From positions 401 to 64,400 of the forward strand of contig JAFGJO010000055.1 of NCBI GenBank assembly GCA_016929065.1: 64,000 nt of DNA, given 5' to 3'. Made by a program: the position numbers and the translations under genes. How positions within the stretch are numbered: the stretch's first letter is position 1; every line of letters begins with the position of its first letter. The notes beneath the pieces are model-generated. The model was not told the DNA's origin. It worked only from the letters and a program-made list of their open reading frames with translations, and ran no database searches. Source of the stretch: Spirochaetales bacterium. Its GTDB lineage: Bacteria > Spirochaetota > Spirochaetia > SZUA-6 > RPPD01. Below, piece after piece: positions 47,347 through 56,792 of the stretch.

Positions 47347-48753
47347 TCAGGCTGTCGCCATGTCTCCCCGCGCCGGAACGCTGACATTGCCGAACCCTTT
47401 ATTCTCAAGTTCTTTTTTAAAGCTGAATGCAGCTGTTTCTTCTCCGTGGACAACAAACGCATGCTCGGGGATTTTTTTCCAGTCGGCCATCCAGGAAAGC
47501 ATTTCGTTTTTGTCGGCATGTGCGCTGAAACCGTCAATTTTTTCCACTTTTGCACGGACATGATACTCTTCGCCGAAAATCTTGATGTCTTTTTCTCCTG
47601 TTGAAATGCGCCTGCCAAGTGTGTTTTCTGCCTGGTATCCGACAAAAAGAATGGTATTGTGCTCATTTTCACAGTTGTTCTTTAAATGGTGAAGAATTCT
47701 GCCGGTTTCCGCCATGCCGCTCGCACTGATAATGACCGCTGGTTCTTTCAGGTCATTCAGGCGTTTTGATTCGGCTGCGGTGCGGGTATACTGCATCCGT
47801 TCGAATCCGAACGGGTCATGGGAAGGGCTCTCGTTCATGAGTTGCTGGGTCTCGGTGTCCCATACCTCCGGGTGCAGACGGAATATGCCGGTTGCGTCGC
47901 AGGCCAGCGGGCTGTCGACATAGACCGGTAGTTTTGCCGGCAGCTGTTGGGTATTGATCAGCTGATGGATGCTGTAGACCAGTTCCTGTGTCCTGCCGAC
48001 GGCAAATGACGGGACAATGACTTTGCCGCCCTGGTTGATGGTCTTTAAAATAATGTCTTTGAGCCGGCCTTCCGAGGCGCTGCTTTCCTCGTGCACCCGG
48101 TCGCCATAGGTGCTTTCTATTATAAGAATGTTTGCTCCGTCAATTTTTTCGGGGTCACGGATGATTGGCTTGTTTACCCTGCCCAGATCGCCGGAGAAAA
48201 CGAGCCGTTTCTGTTTTCCTTCATCCTCATCGACAAAATCAAGAACAACAAATGCCGAGCCAAGGATATGGCCGGCATCAAAGAACGTGAGGCTGATGCC
48301 CGGTGCAATTTCTCTTGTCCGGTTATATCCCATTCCCAGAAAGTATTTCAGGCTTTCCACCGCATCATCCATTATATATAAGGGTTTGAATGGAGGGAGG
48401 TTTTTTTCTGCCCTTTTTTTATTGGCATAGATGATATCCTGTTCCTGGATATGCGCGCTGTCGCGAAGCATGATTGAGCACAAATCGCGGGTCGCATAGG
48501 TGCAGATGATATCGCCCCTGAAACCGTTTTTTACCAGACGCGGGATATTGCCGCTGTGGTCGATATGCGCGTGAGAAAGCACGAGGATATCAACCGAAGA
48601 TGCATCGAACGGCGTTTTTTTATTGATTTCATAACTTTCCTCGCGTTTGCCCTGAAACAGCCCGCAGTCAAGCAATATTTTTTTACCGTTGATTACCAGC
48701 AGATGTTGTGTTCCGGTCACTGTCTGCGCTGCGCCATGGAAAAATAGTTTCAT
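47347..48753 (-). CDS. MBL-fold beta-CASP ribonuclease
   Basis: GAAQTVTG, LSHAHIDHSG, AGHILGS, SGDLG, ESTYGDR, FAVGRTQE, FSAHAD, VHGE. Confidence 0.93.
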   Translation of the reverse strand: MKLFFHGAAQTVTGTQHLLVINGKKILLDCGLFQGKREESYEINKKTPFDASSVDILVLSHAHIDHSGNIPRLVKNGFRGDIICTYATRDLCSIMLRDSAHIQEQDIIYANKKRAEKNLPPFKPLYIMDDAVESLKYFLGMGYNRTREIAPGISLTFFDAGHILGSAFVVLDFVDEDEGKQKRLVFSGDLGRVNKPIIRDPEKIDGANILIIESTYGDRVHEESSASEGRLKDIILKTINQGGKVIVPSFAVGRTQELVYSIHQLINTQQLPAKLPVYVDSPLACDATGIFRLHPEVWDTETQQLMNESPSHDPFGFERMQYTRTAAESKRLNDLKEPAVIISASGMAETGRILHHLKNNCENEHNTILFVGYQAENTLGRRISTGEKDIKIFGEEYHVRAKVEKIDGFSAHADKNEMLSWMADWKKIPEHAFVVHGEETAAFSFKKELENKGFGNVSVPARGDMATA

Positions 48754-48949
48754 GAAAGGCTCCTTGTTGTAATATTTACCCGGGTATAATTTCCGATTGT
48801 CAATCATGGTACCCTGTACTTTATTATAATGATAATATTATAATTTTCTATCAATTATTATCTTTTTTTCCCATTGTTATTGCATAATTATACGTAAATA
48901 ATGTATATTTATACAGTTAAAATACAGCAGCTGGATAAAGGACAGTGAT

Positions 48950-49903
48950 ATGAAATATACGGTATTTGTTGACGGGCATGAGGGAACAACGGGCCTTGAA
49001 ATTCTGGACAGGCTCAACACGCATCCGTCGGTTGAACTGTTGATGATTGACGCAGAAAAACGAAAAGATCCCAATGAGCGGAAAAAATATTTAAATGAAG
49101 CGCATTTGTCATTTTTATGCCTTCCGGACGATGCTGCACGGGAATCAGTGAGCCTGGTAATCAATCCGGAAAGCAAAATAATTGACGCAAGTACCGCTCA
49201 CCGGATTCATCCTGACTGGGTTTACGGCATGCCCGAGCTTTCACTATTGCAGCGGAGCAGACTGCAAAGTTCAAAGCGCACCTCTGTCCCCGGCTGTCAT
49301 TCCAGTGCGTTTCTGCTTCCGCTCGCTCCCTTGGTCGCCGCGAATATTGTGCCAGCCGATTACCCGATTACCGCACAATCCCTTACCGGGTATTCCGGCG
49401 GCGGGAAAAAGCTGATTGCCGAATATGAACAGACCGGAAACGGGACAGAGTACCTGAAAAGCCCCCGGCCGTATGCCCTTTCCCTGAATCACAAACATCT
49501 TCCCGAGATGCAGCACCATGCAGGGCTTTCCGGTCCGCCGCTGTTTATGCCGGTACTGGGAAATTATTATAAAGGACTGGCTGTCGCGATACCGCTGTTT
49601 TGCGGTCTTCTTCCCAATAGGACATCTGCAATGGACATCCATGGTTTTTTAAGTGATTTTTACCATGATGCCGTGTTTGTCGATGTTATGCCGTTTGCAG
49701 GCGAAGGGCATTTGATCAACAATGGTTTTCATGTGACCGGCTGTATCAACACAAACAAAGCCGAAATATTTGTATTTGGCAATGACGCACAGGTACTGAT
49801 CCTCACCCGGATTGACAATCTGGGCAAGGGTGCCTCCGGTGCAGCGGTACAATGCATGAATATCATGTTTGGGATTGATGAAACAACCGGCCTGATTGTC
49901 TGA
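48950..49903 (+). CDS. argC: N-acetyl-gamma-glutamyl-phosphate reductase (type 2)
   Basis: VFVDGHEGTTGL, IIDASTAHR, PGCH, GYSGGGK, DNLGKGASGAAVQ.MN. Confidence 0.95.
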   Translation: MKYTVFVDGHEGTTGLEILDRLNTHPSVELLMIDAEKRKDPNERKKYLNEAHLSFLCLPDDAARESVSLVINPESKIIDASTAHRIHPDWVYGMPELSLLQRSRLQSSKRTSVPGCHSSAFLLPLAPLVAANIVPADYPITAQSLTGYSGGGKKLIAEYEQTGNGTEYLKSPRPYALSLNHKHLPEMQHHAGLSGPPLFMPVLGNYYKGLAVAIPLFCGLLPNRTSAMDIHGFLSDFYHDAVFVDVMPFAGEGHLINNGFHVTGCINTNKAEIFVFGNDAQVLILTRIDNLGKGASGAAVQCMNIMFGIDETTGLIV

Positions 49904-49922
49904 TGTGCCCGGCACGGAGGAA

Positions 49923-50093
49923 ATGATGTTCAATAACATCCGATGCCCGTTTTGCTCCGCCCCCGTTGAACAGTTTCTTCCAAAAAAAACAGGATCATTT
50001 AAAATCCAGTGTGAAACCTGTCACAGAACCTTCCTGTTGATCGTTGGAAAGATTTGGGGTTTTTTTTCTGTTAAAAAAACGAAAATACTGTAA
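49923..50093 (+). CDS. Small zinc-ribbon protein (putative)
   Basis: GGAGG RBS; CPFC...CETC. Confidence 0.5.
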   Translation: MMFNNIRCPFCSAPVEQFLPKKTGSFKIQCETCHRTFLLIVGKIWGFFSVKKTKIL

Positions 50094-50322
50094 ATATTTT
50101 GAGGGATTTTCTTTATTTTCACGATGTACAATATGGAAAGGAAAATAAAGCCGAATTATTCTATTTATATCATATATTGGGTAGAAATTAACAGGAAAAA
50201 CTGCTATATTCTGGCAGATTTATTTTTTATTTGTGATATATTTTTCTATTATGTAGAAAACAGTAGAATAATTTTTATCTACCTTCTAAACAAAATCAAT
50301 TTTTTCAAAAAAGGAGCAATAC

Positions 50323-53307
50323 ATGCGGAAAATCCTGATTCTTCTCATGGGAACAGCACTTATTCTGTTTGCAGCATTTGCCTGTGATCCAAAGACATCC
50401 GGTAAAGATGATATTACGGTTTCAACTGAGTCCTTGGCAAATGGATTTAAAGGCACTGTCTATACACCAGTGCAGCTTGAGGCAGCCGGCGGAGACGATA
50501 CTGCATATTCATGGCAGGTCACCTCCGGGACAATGCCTGCGGGTTTGACGCTTTCAGCAGCCGGAGAGATTTCCGGAACACCAACCGAGGACGGAGAATT
50601 TATCTTCACGGTTCAGGTGAGTGATGCCATAAATAATCCGGGGACACAGGAGCTTTCAATTCAGGTTGACGCCATTGCAATCAGCCCCGCAACACTCACA
50701 GCAGCGCAAAAAGACGAAATATATTCGGCGACGATCAGTGCATCCGGCGGACAGGCTCCCTATACCTTTACACTTGATGCCGGCAACGTTCCCTCCGGTT
50801 TGGGCCTTGCTGTTGACGGTTCAATCACCGGTACGCCGGATACCTTTGAAGTGTGTGATTTTACCGTGCTCGTGACTGACAATAATGGCGCATACAATGA
50901 GCATGATTATACTCTTTCGGTCATTTCCGGTGTTCCCGTCGAGATCGATACCACATCCTGTGCGAACGGGTTTATCAACGGTACGTACTCAGAAACAGTT
51001 TCTGCTTCGGGTGGACAGGGGACCTATACCTGGACAATTTCTGCCGGCACTCTGCCTGCAGGGCTTTCAATAAATCCATCAACCGGTGAAATATCGGGAA
51101 CTCCTTCCAGTGCGGGTTCATCAACCTTTACGGTCCGGGCGACCGATGATGTTGAAACAGCGAACTATGGCGAACAGGAATTCACCATCGTCATCCGCTC
51201 CGCAGTGAGTGTCACCACTACTGTCTGTGATAACGGGTTTGAAGGCGGCTCCTATTCCGAATCCGTCGCGGCAACCGGCGGTTCGGGGACCTATACCTGG
51301 AGCATTGCTTCCGGCGCCCTGCCGACAGGATTGAGCATTAATCCTTCAACCGGTGAAATATCCGGTACCTCATCTGCAGCGGGAACATTCAATTTTACGG
51401 TCAAAGCAGAGGATAGCGAAAACCCGGCGAATTCCGACAATCAGGCATTGTCAATTGTGATTGGTACGGCAGTTTCGATTACCACCGCCACGCTCCCCTC
51501 GGTCGGCGGCAATATCGTGTATTCCGAGACATTGGGTAAAACAGGAGGAAGCGGAAGCTATACATGGTCGATCGATTCAGGATCGCTGCCGCAGGATGTG
51601 ACCCTTGGTTCTTCGAATGGTATTATTTCCGGGTATCCGGGAAAACCGGGGACCTATACATTTACCATTCGCTGTGCAGACAGTGCGAACTCGAATAATT
51701 ATGACACCCAGTCATTATCGATCGAAGTAACCAATTTTGAATGGACCTTGATGATTTACCTTGACGGTGATAATAATCTGGAACCGTTTGCATTCGCAGA
51801 TATCAATGAAATAGAAGCCGCAGACCTCCAGGGATATGGAATTAAAGTGATTGTCGTCATGGATGGAAATGGCGGTTATTACAGCGAGACAAGTGCATTC
51901 AGCGGCACGCGGCTGTATGAAATAACCTATGATTCTGCCGGTGATGCCACAACGACAGGTATACAGTCCACACGGCTCGCATCAACAGCGCTTGGATTGT
52001 CTGCTACCGGCACGCAGGAGCTCAACATGGCAGATCCCGCAACAGCAACAAATTTTATTACGTTTGTAAAATCAAATTATGCAGCCGATGATTATTCTCT
52101 GATTTTCTGGAACCATGGCGACGGGTGGAGGAGTAAATCTGAAGATGAAAAGAAGGATGTCTGGAAAGCTGTCTGTTCTGACGATACATCATCAGATATT
52201 TTATCCACAAAAGAAATCGGTCAGATTGTCTCCGGGCAGGGACTGTCGCTTATCGGGTTTGATGCATGTCTGCTCGGCATGATGGAAGTAGCATACGAAC
52301 TCAAGGCAGATGCCGAAGTCATGGTTGGCTCCGAGGAGAATGAACCGGGTGACGGCTGGGAATATGATACCCTGCTCAATAATTTCAAGGCAAAAGGAAC
52401 AAAAGAGGCAGAAGACCTGGGTGAATCAATTGTCACTGCGTATCAGACACGATACGCGGCGACTGCAGGGACGACTCTTTCTGCTATCAGACTGTCAGAA
52501 ATGGATAATCTGGTTTCAGCCTTGGAAACATTTATAACAGGATGTAACTCGGCAGGGTTTGAAACAGTGTATGCAGCGATAAATTCAGCCGGTTCGGTAC
52601 AGAGATTCGGCGGAGATGGTGAATTTATGTCGCATCTCGATATATGGGACCTTGCAGATACACTTTCTTCTGTTGCGGGAGCAAGTGCATTAAAGACCGC
52701 GGTCGAAGATGCAGTCATACAAAATTTCCATTATGGAACAGCGGTCGCCAATGCGCATGGAATCGCCTTGTATTTTCCGATGAACAATGATGTACTCGGT
52801 GTGCCGTTCCAGGCATACAGCACAGCGTACCTGGATTTTGCAGGAGACGGAAACTGGGATGAGTTTATTCATACAATCTGGCGGGGAAATGACGCGTACG
52901 AACCGAATGACAATTTCCTGATTGCCGCGACAACCATATCTGATGGTATTAACTACAACGCATATATCCAGTTTCCCGGTGATGAAACAACCGAAGTCTG
53001 GGCAGACCAGGATATTTATAAGTTTTATGTTACCGCAAACGGTACATTTACATTCAATCTTTCTGCGAACGGGAACTCGGATATTGACGCAGTCATTCTT
53101 CTTATTCATGAATCGGATACAGGAACTGTTCTCACCGGTGCAGACAGCACCTATATGTACGGCGATGAATCATTTTCGTACAACACAACGACAGGAGCAG
53201 GAACAGGCTGGTATTATGTAATTGTGATGTCCTATGGACTGGATGAATACGACAGAACCGATCCCTATACAATCAATGTGGTGCAGGGAACTGCGACGAT
53301 TCAGTAA
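50323..53307 (+). CDS. Lipoprotein: five putative Ig (He_PIG-like) repeats plus clostripain (C11) cysteine peptidase
   Basis: Repeated GG...Y.W....G.LP.GL.....G.ISGTP; IYLDGDNNL, WNHGDG (His), GFDACL (Cys); DAYEPND tail. Confidence 0.9.
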   Translation: MRKILILLMGTALILFAAFACDPKTSGKDDITVSTESLANGFKGTVYTPVQLEAAGGDDTAYSWQVTSGTMPAGLTLSAAGEISGTPTEDGEFIFTVQVSDAINNPGTQELSIQVDAIAISPATLTAAQKDEIYSATISASGGQAPYTFTLDAGNVPSGLGLAVDGSITGTPDTFEVCDFTVLVTDNNGAYNEHDYTLSVISGVPVEIDTTSCANGFINGTYSETVSASGGQGTYTWTISAGTLPAGLSINPSTGEISGTPSSAGSSTFTVRATDDVETANYGEQEFTIVIRSAVSVTTTVCDNGFEGGSYSESVAATGGSGTYTWSIASGALPTGLSINPSTGEISGTSSAAGTFNFTVKAEDSENPANSDNQALSIVIGTAVSITTATLPSVGGNIVYSETLGKTGGSGSYTWSIDSGSLPQDVTLGSSNGIISGYPGKPGTYTFTIRCADSANSNNYDTQSLSIEVTNFEWTLMIYLDGDNNLEPFAFADINEIEAADLQGYGIKVIVVMDGNGGYYSETSAFSGTRLYEITYDSAGDATTTGIQSTRLASTALGLSATGTQELNMADPATATNFITFVKSNYAADDYSLIFWNHGDGWRSKSEDEKKDVWKAVCSDDTSSDILSTKEIGQIVSGQGLSLIGFDACLLGMMEVAYELKADAEVMVGSEENEPGDGWEYDTLLNNFKAKGTKEAEDLGESIVTAYQTRYAATAGTTLSAIRLSEMDNLVSALETFITGCNSAGFETVYAAINSAGSVQRFGGDGEFMSHLDIWDLADTLSSVAGASALKTAVEDAVIQNFHYGTAVANAHGIALYFPMNNDVLGVPFQAYSTAYLDFAGDGNWDEFIHTIWRGNDAYEPNDNFLIAATTISDGINYNAYIQFPGDETTEVWADQDIYKFYVTANGTFTFNLSANGNSDIDAVILLIHESDTGTVLTGADSTYMYGDESFSYNTTTGAGTGWYYVIVMSYGLDEYDRTDPYTINVVQGTATIQ

Positions 53308-53328
53308 AACAAATATTTCTGTTATTAT

Positions 53329-53370
53329 GGGATTAGCCGGAAAATATACCGGCTAATCCTTTTTATTTTT
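53329..53370 (+). terminator. Rho-independent terminator
   Basis: ggattagccgg/ccggctaatcc plus T run. Confidence 0.85.
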
Positions 53371-53387
53371 TACCGGAGGAACAAACC

Positions 53388-53906
53388 ATGAGAATTCAAA
53401 AACCGCAAAATATTATTTTATTTATTCTTCTGGTTTTTTCCTGCACCAGTGTTGAATCATCGCCCAACGGCCAAAATCATGTGTGGCGCTACGAAATCGA
53501 AATCATCGCTCCCGGCACCCGCAGTGAAGGGCAGATTGGGCATTTGTATCTCAACGATAAAGAAATTCCTGCTGTATTTGATTCTATCATTATCGGAGAA
53601 ACTGAATATATTTTTATCATGCGGGAATACCTGTGGGGATTCGGCGGATATAAAATTGTTGATGAAAACAGGAAAATGGTATCCATCAGTTCGCATTCTG
53701 TGGCGGCTGATGAATTGCAAAAAGGTTATTACCCGGCTCCTTTTTTAATGAAAAAGAAAGACACACCCCTGGAATGGGTCTGGGTGAAACGCGATACCCT
53801 GGAAGCATTTGTGAACCCGGTAATTCTACCGGAATTTATCCAGGAGTTTGGGCTTACACAATTATCCCCTTTCCGGGATGCATTGCGAAAAGATTTTGAA
53901 AAATAA
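53388..53906 (+). CDS. Hypothetical lipoprotein
   Basis: GGAGG RBS; LVFSC lipobox. Confidence 0.7.
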   Translation: MRIQKPQNIILFILLVFSCTSVESSPNGQNHVWRYEIEIIAPGTRSEGQIGHLYLNDKEIPAVFDSIIIGETEYIFIMREYLWGFGGYKIVDENRKMVSISSHSVAADELQKGYYPAPFLMKKKDTPLEWVWVKRDTLEAFVNPVILPEFIQEFGLTQLSPFRDALRKDFEK

Positions 53907-53921
53907 CCATTCCGGATACCT

Positions 53922-54626
53922 GTGCAGAAACAAATGATAACCAATATTATTTTTGATTTTTTTGGCACTCTGGTTGACTATTCAGCAGAGAGAAATCTGG
54001 CGGTTGTCAGTACGTCTCACGATTATCTGCGTGAACTGGGTTTTTCCATTGACAAAGACCGGTATATAGAGGAATTTGACCGCTGTTTTATTGAACTTGA
54101 ACAGAAAGCAATCAACAGTAAAACCGAATTCCATATGGAAGAGCTGGGCAAATATTTTTTTAAAAGCTGTTTTGATTATGATGTTGCAGAGGAACAAAAT
54201 AAAAAATTTGTTGAAGAATATATTCAAAACTGGAATATACAAACCATCTTCCTGGAAAACATCAAGTCGTTTATCAAAGCGTGTGCTGCAAAATACAGAC
54301 TGAGTATTTTGTCAAACACTCATTATCCCCCGTTAATTCATGAAAATCTGAAAGCGATGAAAATAGCTCAAAATTTTTTCCGTGTATATACGTCTGTTGA
54401 AATTGGAATTCGCAAGCCGAACAGGGAAATATTTTTACAGACTTTGGATGATTTGAAAATCAAGCCAGCCCAGGCTGTTTTTATCGGTGACAATTACCAT
54501 GATGACTATCTTGGAGCATTGTCGGTTGAGTTGAAATGTTTCCTGATCGACAAAGACAAAAAGTACAACGGCCTTGTACAAAACCGTCTTGACCATCTGT
54601 TTGATTTTTTAACAGTATCTCTCTAA
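53922..54626 (+). CDS. HAD-family hydrolase
   Basis: IIFDFFGTL, ILSN, RKP..IF, FIGDNY.DD..GA. Confidence 0.9.
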   Translation: MQKQMITNIIFDFFGTLVDYSAERNLAVVSTSHDYLRELGFSIDKDRYIEEFDRCFIELEQKAINSKTEFHMEELGKYFFKSCFDYDVAEEQNKKFVEEYIQNWNIQTIFLENIKSFIKACAAKYRLSILSNTHYPPLIHENLKAMKIAQNFFRVYTSVEIGIRKPNREIFLQTLDDLKIKPAQAVFIGDNYHDDYLGALSVELKCFLIDKDKKYNGLVQNRLDHLFDFLTVSL

Positions 54627-54650
54627 AAACCGGCTATTGTGAATGAAATC

Positions 54651-55328
54651 TCATGCATGAAGTATTGTTTTTTCCATAAGCTGCCACAGCACATCCTTTG
54701 GAGGTGCGGCAGTAATTTTGACAATGGTTCCGGTAGAGGGGTGGCAAAACTCGAGAAGCCGTGCATGCAGATGAATGCTCCGGTCATGATTCTTGCGGCG
54801 GGCGCCGTATTTTATGTCTCCCTTGATCATTGCCCCAATTGCAGCAAGCTGTGTCCGAATCTGGTGATGGCGGCCGGTGACAAGCCGGATTTCAAGAAAT
54901 GTATACCGGTCGCTTTTCCCGATCACAGTATAATTCAACTCCGCCTTTTTCCCGGTGCTTTCCGCCACATACGATTTGTTTTTTGACTTGTTTGTGTCAA
55001 TGAAATGGATAAGGGTATCAGTCTGTTTCGGCGGGGAATCCACAGTAATTGCCCAGTAGATTTTTTTTATTTTTCGTTCCCGAAAAAGCAGGCCGAACTG
55101 CTCGGCAGCCGCAGGAGTTTTTGCAAATAATACAATGCCGCTTGCAGGCCGGTCCAGCCGGTGAACAGGTTCCAGAAATGGTGCAGGCGATATCCCGGCA
55201 GCCAGCCTCCCGGTAAGCAGGTCCTTTAATGACGGATCACCGGTTTTGTCCGGGAGCACATTCATACACGGGGGTTTGTTGAGTATACAAATATATTCGT
55301 CCTCATACAGAAACGTCTCATTAATCAT
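54651..55328 (-). CDS. RluA-family RNA pseudouridine synthase
   Basis: VHRLDRPASG, TGRHHQIR.QL, GDIKYG, LHA..L.F.HP. Confidence 0.93.
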   Translation of the reverse strand: MINETFLYEDEYICILNKPPCMNVLPDKTGDPSLKDLLTGRLAAGISPAPFLEPVHRLDRPASGIVLFAKTPAAAEQFGLLFRERKIKKIYWAITVDSPPKQTDTLIHFIDTNKSKNKSYVAESTGKKAELNYTVIGKSDRYTFLEIRLVTGRHHQIRTQLAAIGAMIKGDIKYGARRKNHDRSIHLHARLLEFCHPSTGTIVKITAAPPKDVLWQLMEKTILHA

Positions 55329-55406
55329 TATTGCATTCTACAGTAACGGAAAAAATGATTGCATTACAACCGGTTTTGAAAATAATTTGATATACAGAGG
55401 AATGTT

Positions 55407-56732
55407 ATGAAAAAAAACAAGCATCATGAGAAAGCCTGGGTGGTGAGTGTCCGGATGGGCCTTGGGCATCAGCGGGCAGCCTTTGCACTTGCCCATCTGG
55501 CAGGTGACGGCGTGCTCAATGTCGGAGAACCAGTTACCTGTGAACCCGACGAACTCAAATTGTGGCATAATATTACCAATGGATATGAGACCATTTCCCG
55601 GATGAAAAATGTGCCGATTATCGGGAACGGGTTATTTAATCTGATGAATGCCCTTCTGTATATTCCGCCGTTTTACCCGATCCGGGATCTTTCAAAACCG
55701 AACATGCAGGCGAAGTTTATCCGGGGATATCTCGAAAAGGGAATGGGGAAAAAACTGATGGAAATTGTGGAAACAAGACCGCTTCCCATGATTTCCACCT
55801 ATTTTGTTCCATCTTTGATTGCCGATTTTTACAATTACAGCCGGAACTATTGCGTGGTCACCGATGCGGAAATAAACCGCGCATGGGTTCCGGTTGATCC
55901 GACGGCCAGTAAAACAATCTATCTTGCCCCGTGCAGCAGAGCCATGAACCGCCTCAAGGAATACGGGGTGCGTGATGACAAAATATTTCTCACCGGATTT
56001 CCCATTCCCCGCGAGCTTTTGGGCAGTGAAAAACTTGAAATACTGCTTCCGGACCTGGGCCAAAGGCTTCGTCAGCTTGATCCCGAAAACAGGTTCTGGC
56101 CTTTGCACGGCAGCAGTGTGGAACATTTTATCGGCCATCGCAATGTCCGTCAAAAAATGAAACGGCCGCTGACCATATTGTATGCAGTGGGCGGGGCGGG
56201 CGCCTTGTGGGAAACAGGGCTTGCCGCGGTAAAAAGCCTGAAAAAACAGATTATGAGAAAAGAGCTCCGGTTTGCATTGGCACCCGGTGTGCGGCCGGAA
56301 ATCTACAACAAATATGTCGAGGGGCTCCATGAATTGCGCATTCCACGCGAGCTGGTCCCGATCATTTACTCCCCGGATACAGTTAATTATTTCGAACTGT
56401 TCACCCGTTTTATCCGCGAAACCGATATTCTGTGGACAAAACCCAGTGAACTGGTTTTCTACAGCGCATTGGGACTGCCGATTATCATGACCGAACCGGT
56501 TGGTGCACAGGAAGAGTATAATAAAAAATGGCTTCTTGAGATACAGGCCGGCATGTCACAGGAAGATCCTGCGTATGCGAACGAGTGGCTGCTGGATTTG
56601 CTTCATTTTGGGAGATTTGCCGAAAGCGCCTGGGACGGTTTTTTGAAAGCCAGAAAATTCGGTATTTATAAAATAGAAGAAATCCTGCGGACGGGTACCA
56701 TGATTCGGGAGTCGTCTCCGCTTCGTCGATAA
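55407..56732 (+). CDS. GT-B glycosyltransferase-like protein (MGDG synthase/UgtP-like, DUF6938-like)
   Basis: MGLGHQRAA N-terminal motif; DILWTKPSEL...LGLPII...PVGAQEEYN C-terminal motif. Confidence 0.7.
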   Translation: MKKNKHHEKAWVVSVRMGLGHQRAAFALAHLAGDGVLNVGEPVTCEPDELKLWHNITNGYETISRMKNVPIIGNGLFNLMNALLYIPPFYPIRDLSKPNMQAKFIRGYLEKGMGKKLMEIVETRPLPMISTYFVPSLIADFYNYSRNYCVVTDAEINRAWVPVDPTASKTIYLAPCSRAMNRLKEYGVRDDKIFLTGFPIPRELLGSEKLEILLPDLGQRLRQLDPENRFWPLHGSSVEHFIGHRNVRQKMKRPLTILYAVGGAGALWETGLAAVKSLKKQIMRKELRFALAPGVRPEIYNKYVEGLHELRIPRELVPIIYSPDTVNYFELFTRFIRETDILWTKPSELVFYSALGLPIIMTEPVGAQEEYNKKWLLEIQAGMSQEDPAYANEWLLDLLHFGRFAESAWDGFLKARKFGIYKIEEILRTGTMIRESSPLRR

Positions 56733-56792
56733 AGAAATTATTTGGTGAGAGCCTGTTATTTATGAAAAAACCTGTTATAATTGAAGGTATAT

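Noticed and set aside
50124-50387. AT-rich 87-aa ORF
   Set aside because: Low-complexity I/F/Y/N composition overlapping the promoter and start of the clostripain gene; likely spurious
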